Positions 9,440 through 18,987 of a stretch of 64,000 nucleotides of DNA are shown in pieces. Source of the DNA: Bacteroidales bacterium. GTDB lineage: Bacteria > Bacteroidota > Bacteroidia > Bacteroidales > UBA932. Both the position numbers and the translations under genes were made by a program. How positions within the stretch are numbered: position 1 is the first letter of the stretch; every line of letters starts with the position of its first letter. Where the stretch lies: NCBI GenBank assembly GCA_017559545.1, contig JAFYRK010000002.1, positions 9,202 to 73,201 on the forward strand. The letters are read 5' to 3'. The notes below the pieces were generated by a model. The model worked only from the letters and a program-made list of their open reading frames with translations. It was not told where the DNA came from and did not search any database.

Positions 9440-10783
9440 TTATTTCTTGTATAATTTATCCGCAATAGCAATCCAGAATTCTTCGAATTCGTTTGGTGCC
9501 AGTTTCTGTCCTATTCGCATATAGAACGGTTTCGATTCAATATAGTCGCACATCTCATCATAAACTTCTTTTGAAGAAGCCAAAAACTCCTCATATGTGA
9601 GAGCCTCTTGAAAATCTCCGGCTAGCTCCTGCTCTCCCTGAACGGTTTCCTGTTTTTCTTGAACTGGTTCTTCTTCTGACTGGCCCTCTTCCTGATCGGC
9701 CTCGGCTTCTTCCAAAGAGACTTCAGTCTCGTTCTGAGTTTCTTCGGCTTCTATCTGAACGTGTTCAGTTTCAGGCAGAGCTTCCTCGGTTTCTGCCTGA
9801 ACAAACTCAGTTTCTACAGTCTCATTATCTTCGATCTGTGGGGTCTCCGGAGTAGACGGCGGAACCTGCTGCTTCTTATTCTTTTCCGCAGATCCCTTTA
9901 TTATCGCACTGACATTAAACGATTTAGCTTCAGGCTCAAACTCTTCTCCTGGCTGATTATTTGCGGGTTCTGAAGACACTTCTCCTGCTTGATTCTGTGC
10001 CTCGTCCTTTATGAGCGCCTCAATATCTGTGCTGACTAATACCTGAAAATCGTCGCTATCATCCACCTTGATAGACACAAATGTACTATCATCGTTATGC
10101 ATTGAATAGTTTTCCCTAAGGTCATCCACTACGACACAAAACTCGTCGTGAGACTGAACATTTAAAAGCCTCTCAAGTATTTCTTTCGCTGTTTGGTTAT
10201 TATTGCACTGATGAAGCAGATCCGAGAACGGATCTGTTACGAGCAATATGTAGGCTAGATTCTTTTTAGGGATGTCGTATTTTCTGAAAACACCGACATG
10301 GGCACCATAGCTATCGAGAAAATCTGGCCTATTATTGAACTCACCGTCCTGAGTAGAGTATAACTTGTATTCAAGATTATCTGAGACGGTTACCAGCGCT
10401 GAATCACCAAGGACCCAGAGACAGAACTGGTCGCCCTGTAATTCTACACCGCAGAATGTAGCACCAGCACTTTCCTTGTCTTCAATGCAGTTTTCCATCA
10501 TCCATGTAACTTCTCCCGCATCTTCCAGTTTTTTGAGGTTCTGAAGGACTATTTTGCGCCAGATGTGCTGCAAATTTGCAAGCTGCTCATCATCCTCATT
10601 CGGAGTATACGCCTTATCTGAAAAAGCGTTTACCAATAACTTGGCCCAATCCTGCGGGGAAAATGATTGCGAGACTCCATCTGATACAGCGATTCTTTTG
10701 CAGTCAGTATTAACTGCAAAAGAATCAGCACAATCAGCATAGCGTTCATCCAACTTGTGGGTAATAAAAGCCTTGACTTCCAT
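9440..10783 (-). CDS. PP2C-family phosphatase-like protein with long acidic low-complexity tail
   Basis: CADS, AVSDGVSQS, LGDS, LLVTDPF and NDDSTF acidic metal-binding motifs. The C-terminal third is Glu/Gln-rich. Confidence 0.8.
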   Translation of the reverse strand: MEVKAFITHKLDERYADCADSFAVNTDCKRIAVSDGVSQSFSPQDWAKLLVNAFSDKAYTPNEDDEQLANLQHIWRKIVLQNLKKLEDAGEVTWMMENCIEDKESAGATFCGVELQGDQFCLWVLGDSALVTVSDNLEYKLYSTQDGEFNNRPDFLDSYGAHVGVFRKYDIPKKNLAYILLVTDPFSDLLHQCNNNQTAKEILERLLNVQSHDEFCVVVDDLRENYSMHNDDSTFVSIKVDDSDDFQVLVSTDIEALIKDEAQNQAGEVSSEPANNQPGEEFEPEAKSFNVSAIIKGSAEKNKKQQVPPSTPETPQIEDNETVETEFVQAETEEALPETEHVQIEAEETQNETEVSLEEAEADQEEGQSEEEPVQEKQETVQGEQELAGDFQEALTYEEFLASSKEVYDEMCDYIESKPFYMRIGQKLAPNEFEEFWIAIADKLYKK

Positions 10784-10785
10784 AA

Positions 10786-11625
10786 TTATTTGTCGCCTTG
10801 ACCCTTACTTGAGCCAAAGTCAATCAGTTTAATAAGTTCCTCTGCATCTGCGTTAAATACACAGCCTCTTGATCCTGGCCTTACACTCAAACCGTTCTTT
10901 ACAGCTGCTGCCTTATATCCTTCCGGAATAACGCTGGAGATTTCAAACAGGAATTTAGCCGCTTCTCCAACAACCTCAGACTCATCAGCTGGGGTAATGA
11001 ACTTATGTCCACCTGTTCCAATCTCGGCGTTAAAAATAAGAACATGACCATCATCATTTGAGAGCTGCATGATTTCCTTTGCTACCGCCTTAGTCTCAGC
11101 TATACATTCTGAAATAGGCTTATGGTCATAATAAGGCTCACCGTCTGAGATGTTAATGATGACCGGAGCTGGACGATCCTTTTGGTCTGCAATCCATGCC
11201 TGAGCAAGATCCTTTGCCATAACGAAGGCATCTTTCATATTTGTCCAGACGTTCTCATCGATTGGCTCAACCCAGATAGGTCTCTTCACCTTCTTCTCAA
11301 CCAATCCACCGTCACCGTCAGACACCTTTCTTACTGCTTCCTCTATTCTAAGTGGATTTGCATAGAGTTCCTCAAGATAGCCTGAGCAAAGCTCCTTAAC
11401 CTCAATACCATAGCCTAGTACAGTGATAAAACACCTATTCTTTGGCTTATCTTTATTGAAGTTCTTCTTAATAATTGTATTGATGACTCGGTTGATAACC
11501 TTTGCTGAAAAGACAGTTCTAGAGTCGCCATCAATATACTCATTCATCATTGATCCTGACTGATCCACAAGAATAATCAGCAATCCCGGAGCAGCAGAGC
11601 TCCACTGTTTGTCATTATTAGCCAT
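10786..11625 (-). CDS. vWA domain protein (TerY-like)
   Basis: MIDAS motif ILVDQSGSM, WTNM, and INISDGEP. First gene of a vWA-PP2C-kinase triad with 2-4 bp gene spacing. Confidence 0.85.
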   Translation of the reverse strand: MANNDKQWSSAAPGLLIILVDQSGSMMNEYIDGDSRTVFSAKVINRVINTIIKKNFNKDKPKNRCFITVLGYGIEVKELCSGYLEELYANPLRIEEAVRKVSDGDGGLVEKKVKRPIWVEPIDENVWTNMKDAFVMAKDLAQAWIADQKDRPAPVIINISDGEPYYDHKPISECIAETKAVAKEIMQLSNDDGHVLIFNAEIGTGGHKFITPADESEVVGEAAKFLFEISSVIPEGYKAAAVKNGLSVRPGSRGCVFNADAEELIKLIDFGSSKGQGDK

Positions 11626-11904
11626 AGTAGTATGTTATTAAGTTTAAATTGTTGTTATATATAATTTCTTCTATATAGCGTACCCAACCATGACGAGCCG
11701 GATCCATACCTATTCCTAAGTCCACGAAAGTGAGGAAATCATCCTTCATAGTGCTCTCGTACTGCAACATAGAGCTGGAAATATCTACCGCAAAACATAG
11801 TGCACGTGCTGCCCAGTCTACAGATCTCCATACTTCTGCATGAGCATAGGGTATTCAATGCCCATAGACTACCTTGCAGAAGTCTGGACAGACGCAGTAA
11901 ATGG

Positions 11905-11912
11905 CAAATATA
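11905..11912 (-). promoter_or_regulatory. -7 promoter box for the vWA operon (second candidate box at 11990-11997)
   Basis: TATATTTG on the minus strand, and TAAATTTG at 11990-11997. Implies a leader of about 270 nt or more before the vWA ATG. Confidence 0.5.
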
Positions 11913-12074
11913 GACACACAAAAAATCAGCAAAATAAAGGACAGTTTTTCACATCTATATCAGACATTGGTTACGGATAAGTAGAATCACAAATTTACAT
12001 AAAAACTTTCAAAATACCAGCGAAGAGCAAAAGAAGCTTTACATCTTAATGAAATATTACCAGTAGCACACGCT

Positions 12075-12126
12075 AATAAAATTCCAGGACGCACACCAAT
12101 TTCCCTTATGATGTGCATCCTGGAAT
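12075..12126 (-). terminator. Intrinsic terminator following the displaced rnr 3' end
   Basis: 18-bp stem ATTCCAGGATGCACATCA / TGGTGTGCGTCCTGGAAT. Its two mismatches are U-G wobbles only on the minus-strand RNA, and it is followed by TTTATT. Confidence 0.7.
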
Positions 12127-12169
12127 CATTCTATGCAATAGCGAAAACGCGGGCGGCTCAGAATGAGTC

Positions 12170-12253
12170 ATTTTGAATTCTTCGCTCCCCTCTTGGCAGC
12201 ACCCTTGCGCGCCTTGCGTTTTGACTCCTGGATGGCCTTGCGGACCTTTTCCT
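12170..12253 (-). repeat. Duplicated 3' end of rnr (att-like direct repeat, left copy)
   Basis: 12226-12253 is identical to 14952-14979 (28 bp). The minus frame reads EKVRKAIQESKRKARKGAAKRGAKNSK*, matching the RNase R C-terminus with synonymous changes. Confidence 0.9.
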
Positions 12254-12367
12254 GATGGTTGGGTTCTTCGTCAGGTTCCAATGGTCTGGATTAACGGTCG
12301 GATATAGGGTTAAGTAATATTCAGGTAGACTCGTAGTTTGTTGTAGACTACCGACGGACATTTAAAA

Positions 12368-13405
12368 TCAGAAAATCCTAGATGGTTCCTTAGCGGCAAC
12401 GATATAAGCCCAGTTATCTTTTGACATCAGATATTCACGCACATTATCTGAATATTGTGGAGGAAAAATCATCTGCTCCACCACACACCCGACTCCACAT
12501 CCAATAACAACACAAGCTGTCACAGCCAGATAGGCGGCCACCGTTTTAGAATTCCCTTTCACTTTGAATTTGAAGGCCCTAGTCATGAGCAAAGAAACGG
12601 TTCCGCCAAGGGTTACGTCTTTTATATCATCTAAATTAACATCGTAAGATGATCGATCATTACTTCTCGGTTCTACTGACAAGGTCTTGTCATTAATGTC
12701 ATAAACGAAGGTTTCATCAGGAAATTTATAGATCATAAGACCATTGCTCAATGGCTCAACATATTTCACAGCCAATTCCTTACATGTCTTATCCGACATA
12801 TTACGGTCAAAGATATACATTCCAATACCACCAATAAGTCCCATCAAAAGCCATATCCCAACAAACATAGCAGGAACACCCAGAATCTCTCCCCAAGACG
12901 CACTTGTTCGAGCCATCCTCTTATTCTTACCCTTCTTCATTTTTTTACTCTTCCTGTTTTTTGCAATAAGGGTATTATTAATGTGTTTCTCTACTTTTTC
13001 TCTCAACTCATCAAGACTTTCATACTCCTGATAATAATGATCGTTGGCGCTTAACTCTTTTTTAAACGCAGCTACATCATTGTTGTCGCTATTCCTTTTA
13101 TCAAAATACACAATGATTTTGGGACGTTTTGAGGCCTTGAAAGACCGGTATGCATGATCGTATTCATCTCTAGTGATCATACCCACCGAGCCAGAAAATA
13201 TGAATATGACCAAATCTGCCTTCTGCTCAATATAGTTATTATACTCTTTCTGATGCCCCACGTCAGACATCGTCTCGTCGAAATCCTCAAACGTTTTAGT
13301 GATTATCGTCCCCCACTTATTTTGTAGTTTATTACACACTGATCGACAAACGTTCCTTTCGTTTTGAAGGGCCTTTGAACCGGCAACAAAGATATTGTAT
13401 TCCAT
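12368..13405 (-). CDS. DUF4062/TIR-like N-terminal domain + membrane segments
   Basis: YNIFVAGSKALQNER..ADLVIFIFSG..TRDEYDHAY..PKIIVYF fits a TIR-like flavodoxin-fold pattern. A Lys-rich linker follows, then hydrophobic ILGVPAMFVGIWLLMGLIGGIGMYIF and AYLAVTACVVIGCGVGCVV. Confidence 0.6.
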   Translation of the reverse strand: MEYNIFVAGSKALQNERNVCRSVCNKLQNKWGTIITKTFEDFDETMSDVGHQKEYNNYIEQKADLVIFIFSGSVGMITRDEYDHAYRSFKASKRPKIIVYFDKRNSDNNDVAAFKKELSANDHYYQEYESLDELREKVEKHINNTLIAKNRKSKKMKKGKNKRMARTSASWGEILGVPAMFVGIWLLMGLIGGIGMYIFDRNMSDKTCKELAVKYVEPLSNGLMIYKFPDETFVYDINDKTLSVEPRSNDRSSYDVNLDDIKDVTLGGTVSLLMTRAFKFKVKGNSKTVAAYLAVTACVVIGCGVGCVVEQMIFPPQYSDNVREYLMSKDNWAYIVAAKEPSRIF

Positions 13406-13422
13406 AGTAAAAATTTCAGGTA

Positions 13423-14853
13423 TTACTGTATAGAGTTCTCGTCAATTAGTTTCTTCAAGTCCACTATTGCCTCATATGGAGACAACCCTTTCTGCTTGCT
13501 ATATTCCGCCTGCAAAAGATTCAATACATATAATGTTGACGGCATCTGTTTTATATCGAACTTAAAGAATTCGTAACTAATCACTGAATCAGAGGCCTTA
13601 AATTGATTATTTATGTACGAAATTGCATTTGAGTCTTTATACAAATATGGAACATTCTGCGCCTTCCATGACCATTGGTCAAAATTGGTTTTATGCTCCA
13701 GAAGAACTATTGGCTCGATTACCACATCACCTTCTTCTCTTAAATCATCTAAAGAGTAATATTTCTTTAGAAAATTCTTTTTACCTTTCAGCACTATAAA
13801 ATTTGCAGATGGAACTACCCCATTATAATCCGTTGAATATGCAAGAATCGTATCTAGCTCTTCAGGCGTCAGAGTTGTGGGAAACTTAGCAGGATCATCT
13901 GCTCCGAGATATATACCATAAAAGTACTTATGATAAGAGTATTTTGAATCTGCGTTAAGTGTATTGTTACGTGTAATCCTATTTGCAAAGTCCAATGCTG
14001 CCTGATAGCCATTTATTTGGTGTACATATGTCAGGACGGTATTAAACATCCACCATTTCATCATATTGGTTTTCTCCTCCATTGGGAGCCAGCTCATTGG
14101 ACCGCTGGAATTCATTATACGTCGTTCATGATCTTCAAGCTTATATGCGATGTCGGATGTACCTCCTAACTTAGTGTACTCGTCAATGTAAGCATAATCA
14201 TCTTCCTGATCTTCGACAAGCGTAAATATAAATTCTGACAAGCCCAGATATTCTTCCGGGGTTTTGCAAAACATCAATCTGTAATATAGGGCGGTCAATT
14301 TTGCATAATAGTCAAAATAGTACAACGAATAGTTGTTTTTCTTCCTATAGTTTGAGTCGCTATTCCAAAATGCATCCCAAAGCATACGCATTCCTGACAC
14401 AGGCTCAATCTTTAATGGATTCTTGATTATCGCGTCCAATGAAGATACCATTTTAGTGGTGTCTCCATCTTTAGTAAACTGCACCCAAGTGCGACGAAGT
14501 TCCACAAAATCGCTACGGAATGTCATATCCGCATATTTATCAAGCCATTTCAGACCCGCATCTATATTACCCAATGCAAATTCACAATTCATCAATGTAA
14601 CTGCAAGAGTGTCGACTTCTTGTTTCTTGAACGCCTCAGTATAATACTTTACAGCATCTTCCAGATTATTGCATAGGGCACATGTATCACCTTTTGCAGC
14701 CATTTCCACATATATTCTGTGGTTCTCTTCGTCTATTTTATCCCAATAACGGATAAGAAGAGCAAATATGCCGATTATTATAAAGAATATAATCACACAA
14801 GCCAAGCATGATAGACCATCCCTTACATCCTCGTTAAGTTCCTTGTACTGCAT
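13423..14853 (-). CDS. Membrane-anchored TPR-like hypothetical protein
   Basis: N-terminal TM LACVIIFFIIIGIFALLI and TPR-like AAKGD..LEDAVKYYTEAF. 476 aa, Tyr-rich. Confidence 0.55.
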   Translation of the reverse strand: MQYKELNEDVRDGLSCLACVIIFFIIIGIFALLIRYWDKIDEENHRIYVEMAAKGDTCALCNNLEDAVKYYTEAFKKQEVDTLAVTLMNCEFALGNIDAGLKWLDKYADMTFRSDFVELRRTWVQFTKDGDTTKMVSSLDAIIKNPLKIEPVSGMRMLWDAFWNSDSNYRKKNNYSLYYFDYYAKLTALYYRLMFCKTPEEYLGLSEFIFTLVEDQEDDYAYIDEYTKLGGTSDIAYKLEDHERRIMNSSGPMSWLPMEEKTNMMKWWMFNTVLTYVHQINGYQAALDFANRITRNNTLNADSKYSYHKYFYGIYLGADDPAKFPTTLTPEELDTILAYSTDYNGVVPSANFIVLKGKKNFLKKYYSLDDLREEGDVVIEPIVLLEHKTNFDQWSWKAQNVPYLYKDSNAISYINNQFKASDSVISYEFFKFDIKQMPSTLYVLNLLQAEYSKQKGLSPYEAIVDLKKLIDENSIQ

Positions 14854-14911
14854 AATTTTCTTACTTGTTTTTTCATAGTTTCTTTGCCGGAAACCTTACT
14901 GTTCTTCTTTC

Positions 14912-17269
14912 CTAATGTCTTCCCCGCCCCTTGCGCGCCTTCCTCTTCGATTCCTGGATGGCCTTGCGGACCTTTTCCTTGCGCGCTGCTTTGTTTATTC
15001 CGACAGTAACGTTGTCGAATGAGCCGTCCTCACCCTTGATGAACGAGGTTCCACGTCCGTGCTCGTAATCGATACGGTCATAGATTCTCTCTTCAAGGCC
15101 AGTCTCAATAAGCTCATAATCAAGAAGCTTCTGCTCAAGATTGGTCTTCTTGACACGGATGCGGACAGGATCTCCGAGATTATAGACGATACCTGTACGC
15201 TTGCCGACGAGACGATAGTGGTCTGCATCAAACTCGAAGAAGTCGCTGCGGATGTCGCGGAGCGGCACCATACCCTCGATCTTCGTTGGCTCGACCTCAA
15301 CGTACATACCCCACTCTGTGAGACCTGAAACATGGCCTCCGAATGTACATCCTACCTTGTCCTGCATGAACTCGACGAGCTTGTACTTGATGCTTGCGCG
15401 CTCTGCCTCGGCAGCGACAATCTCGCGTTCGGAAGCATGCTTGCAGAGTTTGTCGTAGGTCTCCTTCTTAGCCGACTGGGCACCGTCAAGATATGCGGAA
15501 AGAAGCCTATGTACGAGCATGTCCGGATAGCGTCTGATCGGCGAGGTGAAGTGTGTATAATACTTGAATGCAAGTCCGTAGTGGCCAAGGTTTTCGGTGT
15601 CATAGCGGGCCTTTGCCATTGTGCGGAGCGAGAGCAGCTCGATGGCATTGTATTCAGGCGTATCCTTGGCTGCCGCGAAGAGGTTGTTGAGTTCTTTTGA
15701 AATCTCCTTTCCTGTGTTGGTCGAACCCATCCTGTAACCGAAGTTGCCGATGAAGTTACGCAAAGCCTCGATCTTCTCCTGATTAGGTTCGTCATGAACA
15801 CGATACACGAATGTCTTCTCCTGACGACGCGCACCCTTTGCAGGAGTTTCACCCACGCCCTTGCAGCCTGTCGCAACGAATTCAGCTACGGTGCGGTTGG
15901 CAAGAAGCATGAACTCCTCAATCAGCCAGTTCGCCTCCTTGGTAACCTTCTGATATACGTTCACAGGACGTCCCTTCTCATCAACCTCTACCTTCATCTC
16001 AGGACGGTCGAAGCTGATGGCACCGGCTGCGAATCTCTTCTTGCGGAGCTTGGTTGCGAGACCGTGCAGGACGAGAACAGCGTCAGCGATCTCGGCCGGA
16101 ACGCCATCATGGGCAACGCCAGGACCTGCTTCGATGATCACCTGAGCGTCTTCGTATGCAAAACGGAAGTCAGAGTATATTGCGGTCTTGCCGAACCACT
16201 GGGAAACGATGCGGCCAAGCGGAGTGATCTCGAATACAGCGGAGAAAGTAAGTTTCTCTTCGTCAGGGCGAAGCGAGCAGACCTTGTTGCAGAGTTTCTC
16301 AGGAAGCATAGGAACTGTCCTGTCGACCAAGTACACCGAAGTGCCACGTTCCTGAGCCTCTTTATCAACCACATCGCCCGGCCTCACATAATGAGTTACG
16401 TCGGCAATATGCACACCGACCTCATAGTTGCCGTTATCAAGTTTCTGGAACGAAAGTGCGTCGTCAAAATCCTTCGCATCCTTAGGGTCTATGGTGAATG
16501 TCAACACATTACGGAAGTCACGGCGCCCCTTGAGGTCCTCTGCAGTGATATCCTCTGAAATTCTGTCGGCAGCATTCGCAACATCAGATTCAAACCTGTA
16601 TGGAAGAGCATATTCCGCAAGGATTGCATGCATTTCAGTATCATTCTCACCCGGCTCTCCGAGCACATCGACGATGTGTCCGCGAGGGCTCATTTCGTGG
16701 CGAGGCCAGTCATCGACCACTGCCGCCACCTTCATGCCCGAACGCACCTTCATCTCCTGCCTTCCGTAGCCATCCTCGCCAAGTTCAAACAGCTTATGGA
16801 TCGCATACATATCCTCACCCAAAGGCTTGAGATATCCTGTCTCGTCCTTAGGCTCAGCAGTTGACTGGCTGCGCACCTTGTGTCTGCGATAACGCTCCTT
16901 GTCTGACTCCGTAAACGGAATTGTGATATCATATGGCATGAAACGGCTCTGCATGAGCACCCATGCCTGATTTGCTACTATATGCAGAATGCCGATGAAC
17001 GGCTTGGGTGACCTCTGGATTATCTCCACGATTTCGCCTTCCCTTCTCTGACGGTCCAGTTTCTCACGGGTCACGGACACGCGCACAGTATCTCCGTGCA
17101 GCGCTCCACGTGTCTTTGATGCCTTGACAAAGACGTCATCCTCCTCTCCATCCACAATCACGAATGCATAGCCTTCGCGGGTCATCTGTACCCTACCTGT
17201 CACCTGTGGAAAAACTTTCTTTTCCTTCTTTCCACGGCCCCTGCCGTGAGAACTTCTCTTTCTTGCCAT
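14912..17269 (-). CDS. rnr: Ribonuclease R
   Basis: RNB motifs TIDPKDAKDFDDALS, IEEFMLLAN and YTHFTSPIRRYPD, S1 domain, and a basic C-terminal tail. Confidence 0.97.
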   Translation of the reverse strand: MARKRSSHGRGRGKKEKKVFPQVTGRVQMTREGYAFVIVDGEEDDVFVKASKTRGALHGDTVRVSVTREKLDRQRREGEIVEIIQRSPKPFIGILHIVANQAWVLMQSRFMPYDITIPFTESDKERYRRHKVRSQSTAEPKDETGYLKPLGEDMYAIHKLFELGEDGYGRQEMKVRSGMKVAAVVDDWPRHEMSPRGHIVDVLGEPGENDTEMHAILAEYALPYRFESDVANAADRISEDITAEDLKGRRDFRNVLTFTIDPKDAKDFDDALSFQKLDNGNYEVGVHIADVTHYVRPGDVVDKEAQERGTSVYLVDRTVPMLPEKLCNKVCSLRPDEEKLTFSAVFEITPLGRIVSQWFGKTAIYSDFRFAYEDAQVIIEAGPGVAHDGVPAEIADAVLVLHGLATKLRKKRFAAGAISFDRPEMKVEVDEKGRPVNVYQKVTKEANWLIEEFMLLANRTVAEFVATGCKGVGETPAKGARRQEKTFVYRVHDEPNQEKIEALRNFIGNFGYRMGSTNTGKEISKELNNLFAAAKDTPEYNAIELLSLRTMAKARYDTENLGHYGLAFKYYTHFTSPIRRYPDMLVHRLLSAYLDGAQSAKKETYDKLCKHASEREIVAAEAERASIKYKLVEFMQDKVGCTFGGHVSGLTEWGMYVEVEPTKIEGMVPLRDIRSDFFEFDADHYRLVGKRTGIVYNLGDPVRIRVKKTNLEQKLLDYELIETGLEERIYDRIDYEHGRGTSFIKGEDGSFDNVTVGINKAARKEKVRKAIQESKRKARKGRGRH

Positions 17270-17293
17270 AAAATCAACACCTGTTTATCTTTA

Positions 17294-17321
17294 CAAATGT
17301 AAAGAGAAAATCGTATATTTG
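17294..17321. promoter_or_regulatory. Divergent -7 boxes for rnr and gpmI
   Basis: TACATTTG (-, 17294-17301) and TATATTTG (+, 17314-17321). Confidence 0.6.
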
Positions 17322-17358
17322 CGGCGCAAAATTTGAAAAATATAAACATCAATATATT

Positions 17359-18882
17359 ATGGACAAGAAAGTACTACTTATGATCCTCGACGGATGGGGC
17401 GAGGGTAGACAGGATGAGTCTAATGTCATCTTTGCGCAGGGAGCACCTTACATTGAGTCTCTCCGCAAGCAGTACCCTATGAGCACACTCAAGGCATGCG
17501 GCGAGGCCGTAGGTCTTCCAGAGGGCCAGATGGGTAACTCAGAGGTAGGTCACCTCAACCTTGGTGCAGGCCGCGTGGTGTACCAGGACCTCGTTAAGAT
17601 CAACATCGCAGCACGCGAGCACAAGTTCCTCCAGAACCCTGAGATCAAGGCTGCATACGACTATGTAAAGGCAAACAACAAGCAGCTCCACCTCATGGGT
17701 CTTGCATCTATGGGTGGCGTGCATAGCTCACTGGAGCATGTATATGAGTTCCTTAACGTAGCTAAGGAATATGGCCTTGAGGACGTATTCGTACACTGTT
17801 TCATGGACGGTCGCGACACTGACCCTAAGAGCGGAAAGGGCTTCGTGGAGGCTCTCGAGGCCGAGATGGCGAAGTCGACAGGAAAGGTCGCTACAGTATG
17901 CGGACGTTTCTACGCTATGGACCGTGACAAGAGATGGGAGCGCGTGAAAGAGGCATACGATCTTCTCGTAGAGGGCAAGGGAGTTCATGCAACTTCAGCA
18001 ACCGAGGCTATCCAGGCTTCATACGACGAGGGTGTTACAGATGAGTTCATCAAGCCTATTGCTGTAACCGGAGCTGACGGCCAGCCACTCACAAAGATCC
18101 AGGAGGGTGACGCAGTTATCTTCTTCAACTTCCGCAACGACCGTGCACGTGAGCTCACAGCTGTCCTCACTCAGCAGGACATGCCGGAGTACGGAATGCA
18201 TACTCTTCCACTCTACTTCTGCTGCCTCACTCCATACGATGCATCATTCACAGGAGTTCACATTCTCTTCGACAAGGAGAACGTACAGGAAACTCTCGGT
18301 GAGGTAGTATCAAAGGCAGGCAAGAACCAGCTCCGCATCGCTGAGACTGAGAAGTATGCACACGTAACATTCTTCTTCAATGGTGGTGCAGAGTCTCTCT
18401 TCGAGAATGAGGACCGTATCCTTGTGAACTCACCAAAGGTTGCGACATACGACCTTCAGCCGGAGATGAGCGCACCTGAGGTGACCGAGAAGCTCGTCGA
18501 GGCTATCAACACAGGCAAGAACGACCTCATCATCCTCAACTTCGCTAACGGTGACATGATCGGTCACACAGGCGTGTACGAGGCCATCCGCAAGGCTGTC
18601 ACAGCAGTTGACACATGCGTCGAGAAGGTTGTTGAGGCTGCCAAGGCGCAGGGTTATGTGGTTCTCATCACAGCTGACCACGGTAACGCAGACTACGCTG
18701 TAAATGAGGACGGCACACCTAACACCGCACACTCACTCAACGATGTTCCATTCATCGTAGTGAACGCAGGTGACGAGGTTAAGGAGGTTAAGGACGGAAA
18801 GCTTGCTGACGTTGCTCCGACAATCCTCAAGCTCATGGGCATCGAGCAGCCAGCTGCCATGACAGGCCAGTCACTCGTATAA
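17359..18882 (+). CDS. gpmI: 2,3-bisphosphoglycerate-independent phosphoglycerate mutase
   Basis: [35 protein letters not shown] and TADHGNA motifs. Confidence 0.97.
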   Translation: MDKKVLLMILDGWGEGRQDESNVIFAQGAPYIESLRKQYPMSTLKACGEAVGLPEGQMGNSEVGHLNLGAGRVVYQDLVKINIAAREHKFLQNPEIKAAYDYVKANNKQLHLMGLASMGGVHSSLEHVYEFLNVAKEYGLEDVFVHCFMDGRDTDPKSGKGFVEALEAEMAKSTGKVATVCGRFYAMDRDKRWERVKEAYDLLVEGKGVHATSATEAIQASYDEGVTDEFIKPIAVTGADGQPLTKIQEGDAVIFFNFRNDRARELTAVLTQQDMPEYGMHTLPLYFCCLTPYDASFTGVHILFDKENVQETLGEVVSKAGKNQLRIAETEKYAHVTFFFNGGAESLFENEDRILVNSPKVATYDLQPEMSAPEVTEKLVEAINTGKNDLIILNFANGDMIGHTGVYEAIRKAVTAVDTCVEKVVEAAKAQGYVVLITADHGNADYAVNEDGTPNTAHSLNDVPFIVVNAGDEVKEVKDGKLADVAPTILKLMGIEQPAAMTGQSLV

Positions 18883-18905
18883 ATTTATAAGACATATTAT
18901 TTTAC

Positions 18906-18946
18906 TGAGAGTCAGTGCGGCACCTAGCCCACTGGCTCTCATTTTT
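18906..18946 (+). terminator. Intrinsic terminator after gpmI
   Basis: TGAGAGTCAGTG...CACTGGCTCTCA stem followed by TTTTT. Confidence 0.65.
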
Positions 18947-18987
18947 GTAAATTATTACTATATTTACGAATTGTAAAGGTTCGTCAT

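Larger units (their letters stand above)
12254..14951. mobile_element. Integrase-less 2.7-kb two-gene cassette inserted in the rnr 3' end
   Basis: Bounded by the 28-bp direct repeat, visibly AT-richer than rnr, carries two non-core genes, and contains no recombinase. Confidence 0.65.

Noticed and set aside
11739-11921. 60-aa ORF upstream of vWA
   Set aside because: It starts within the predicted promoter, has no recognisable motif, and overlaps the structured leader.
12158-12361. 67-aa ORF MSVGSLQQ...
   Set aside because: It is an out-of-frame reading across the cassette junction and the duplicated rnr tail. The meaningful frame is the RNase R C-terminal peptide.
3700-14900. Prophage or ICE
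   Set aside because: No integrase, relaxase, conjugation or virion genes were found. The evidence supports only a cargo/defence islet.
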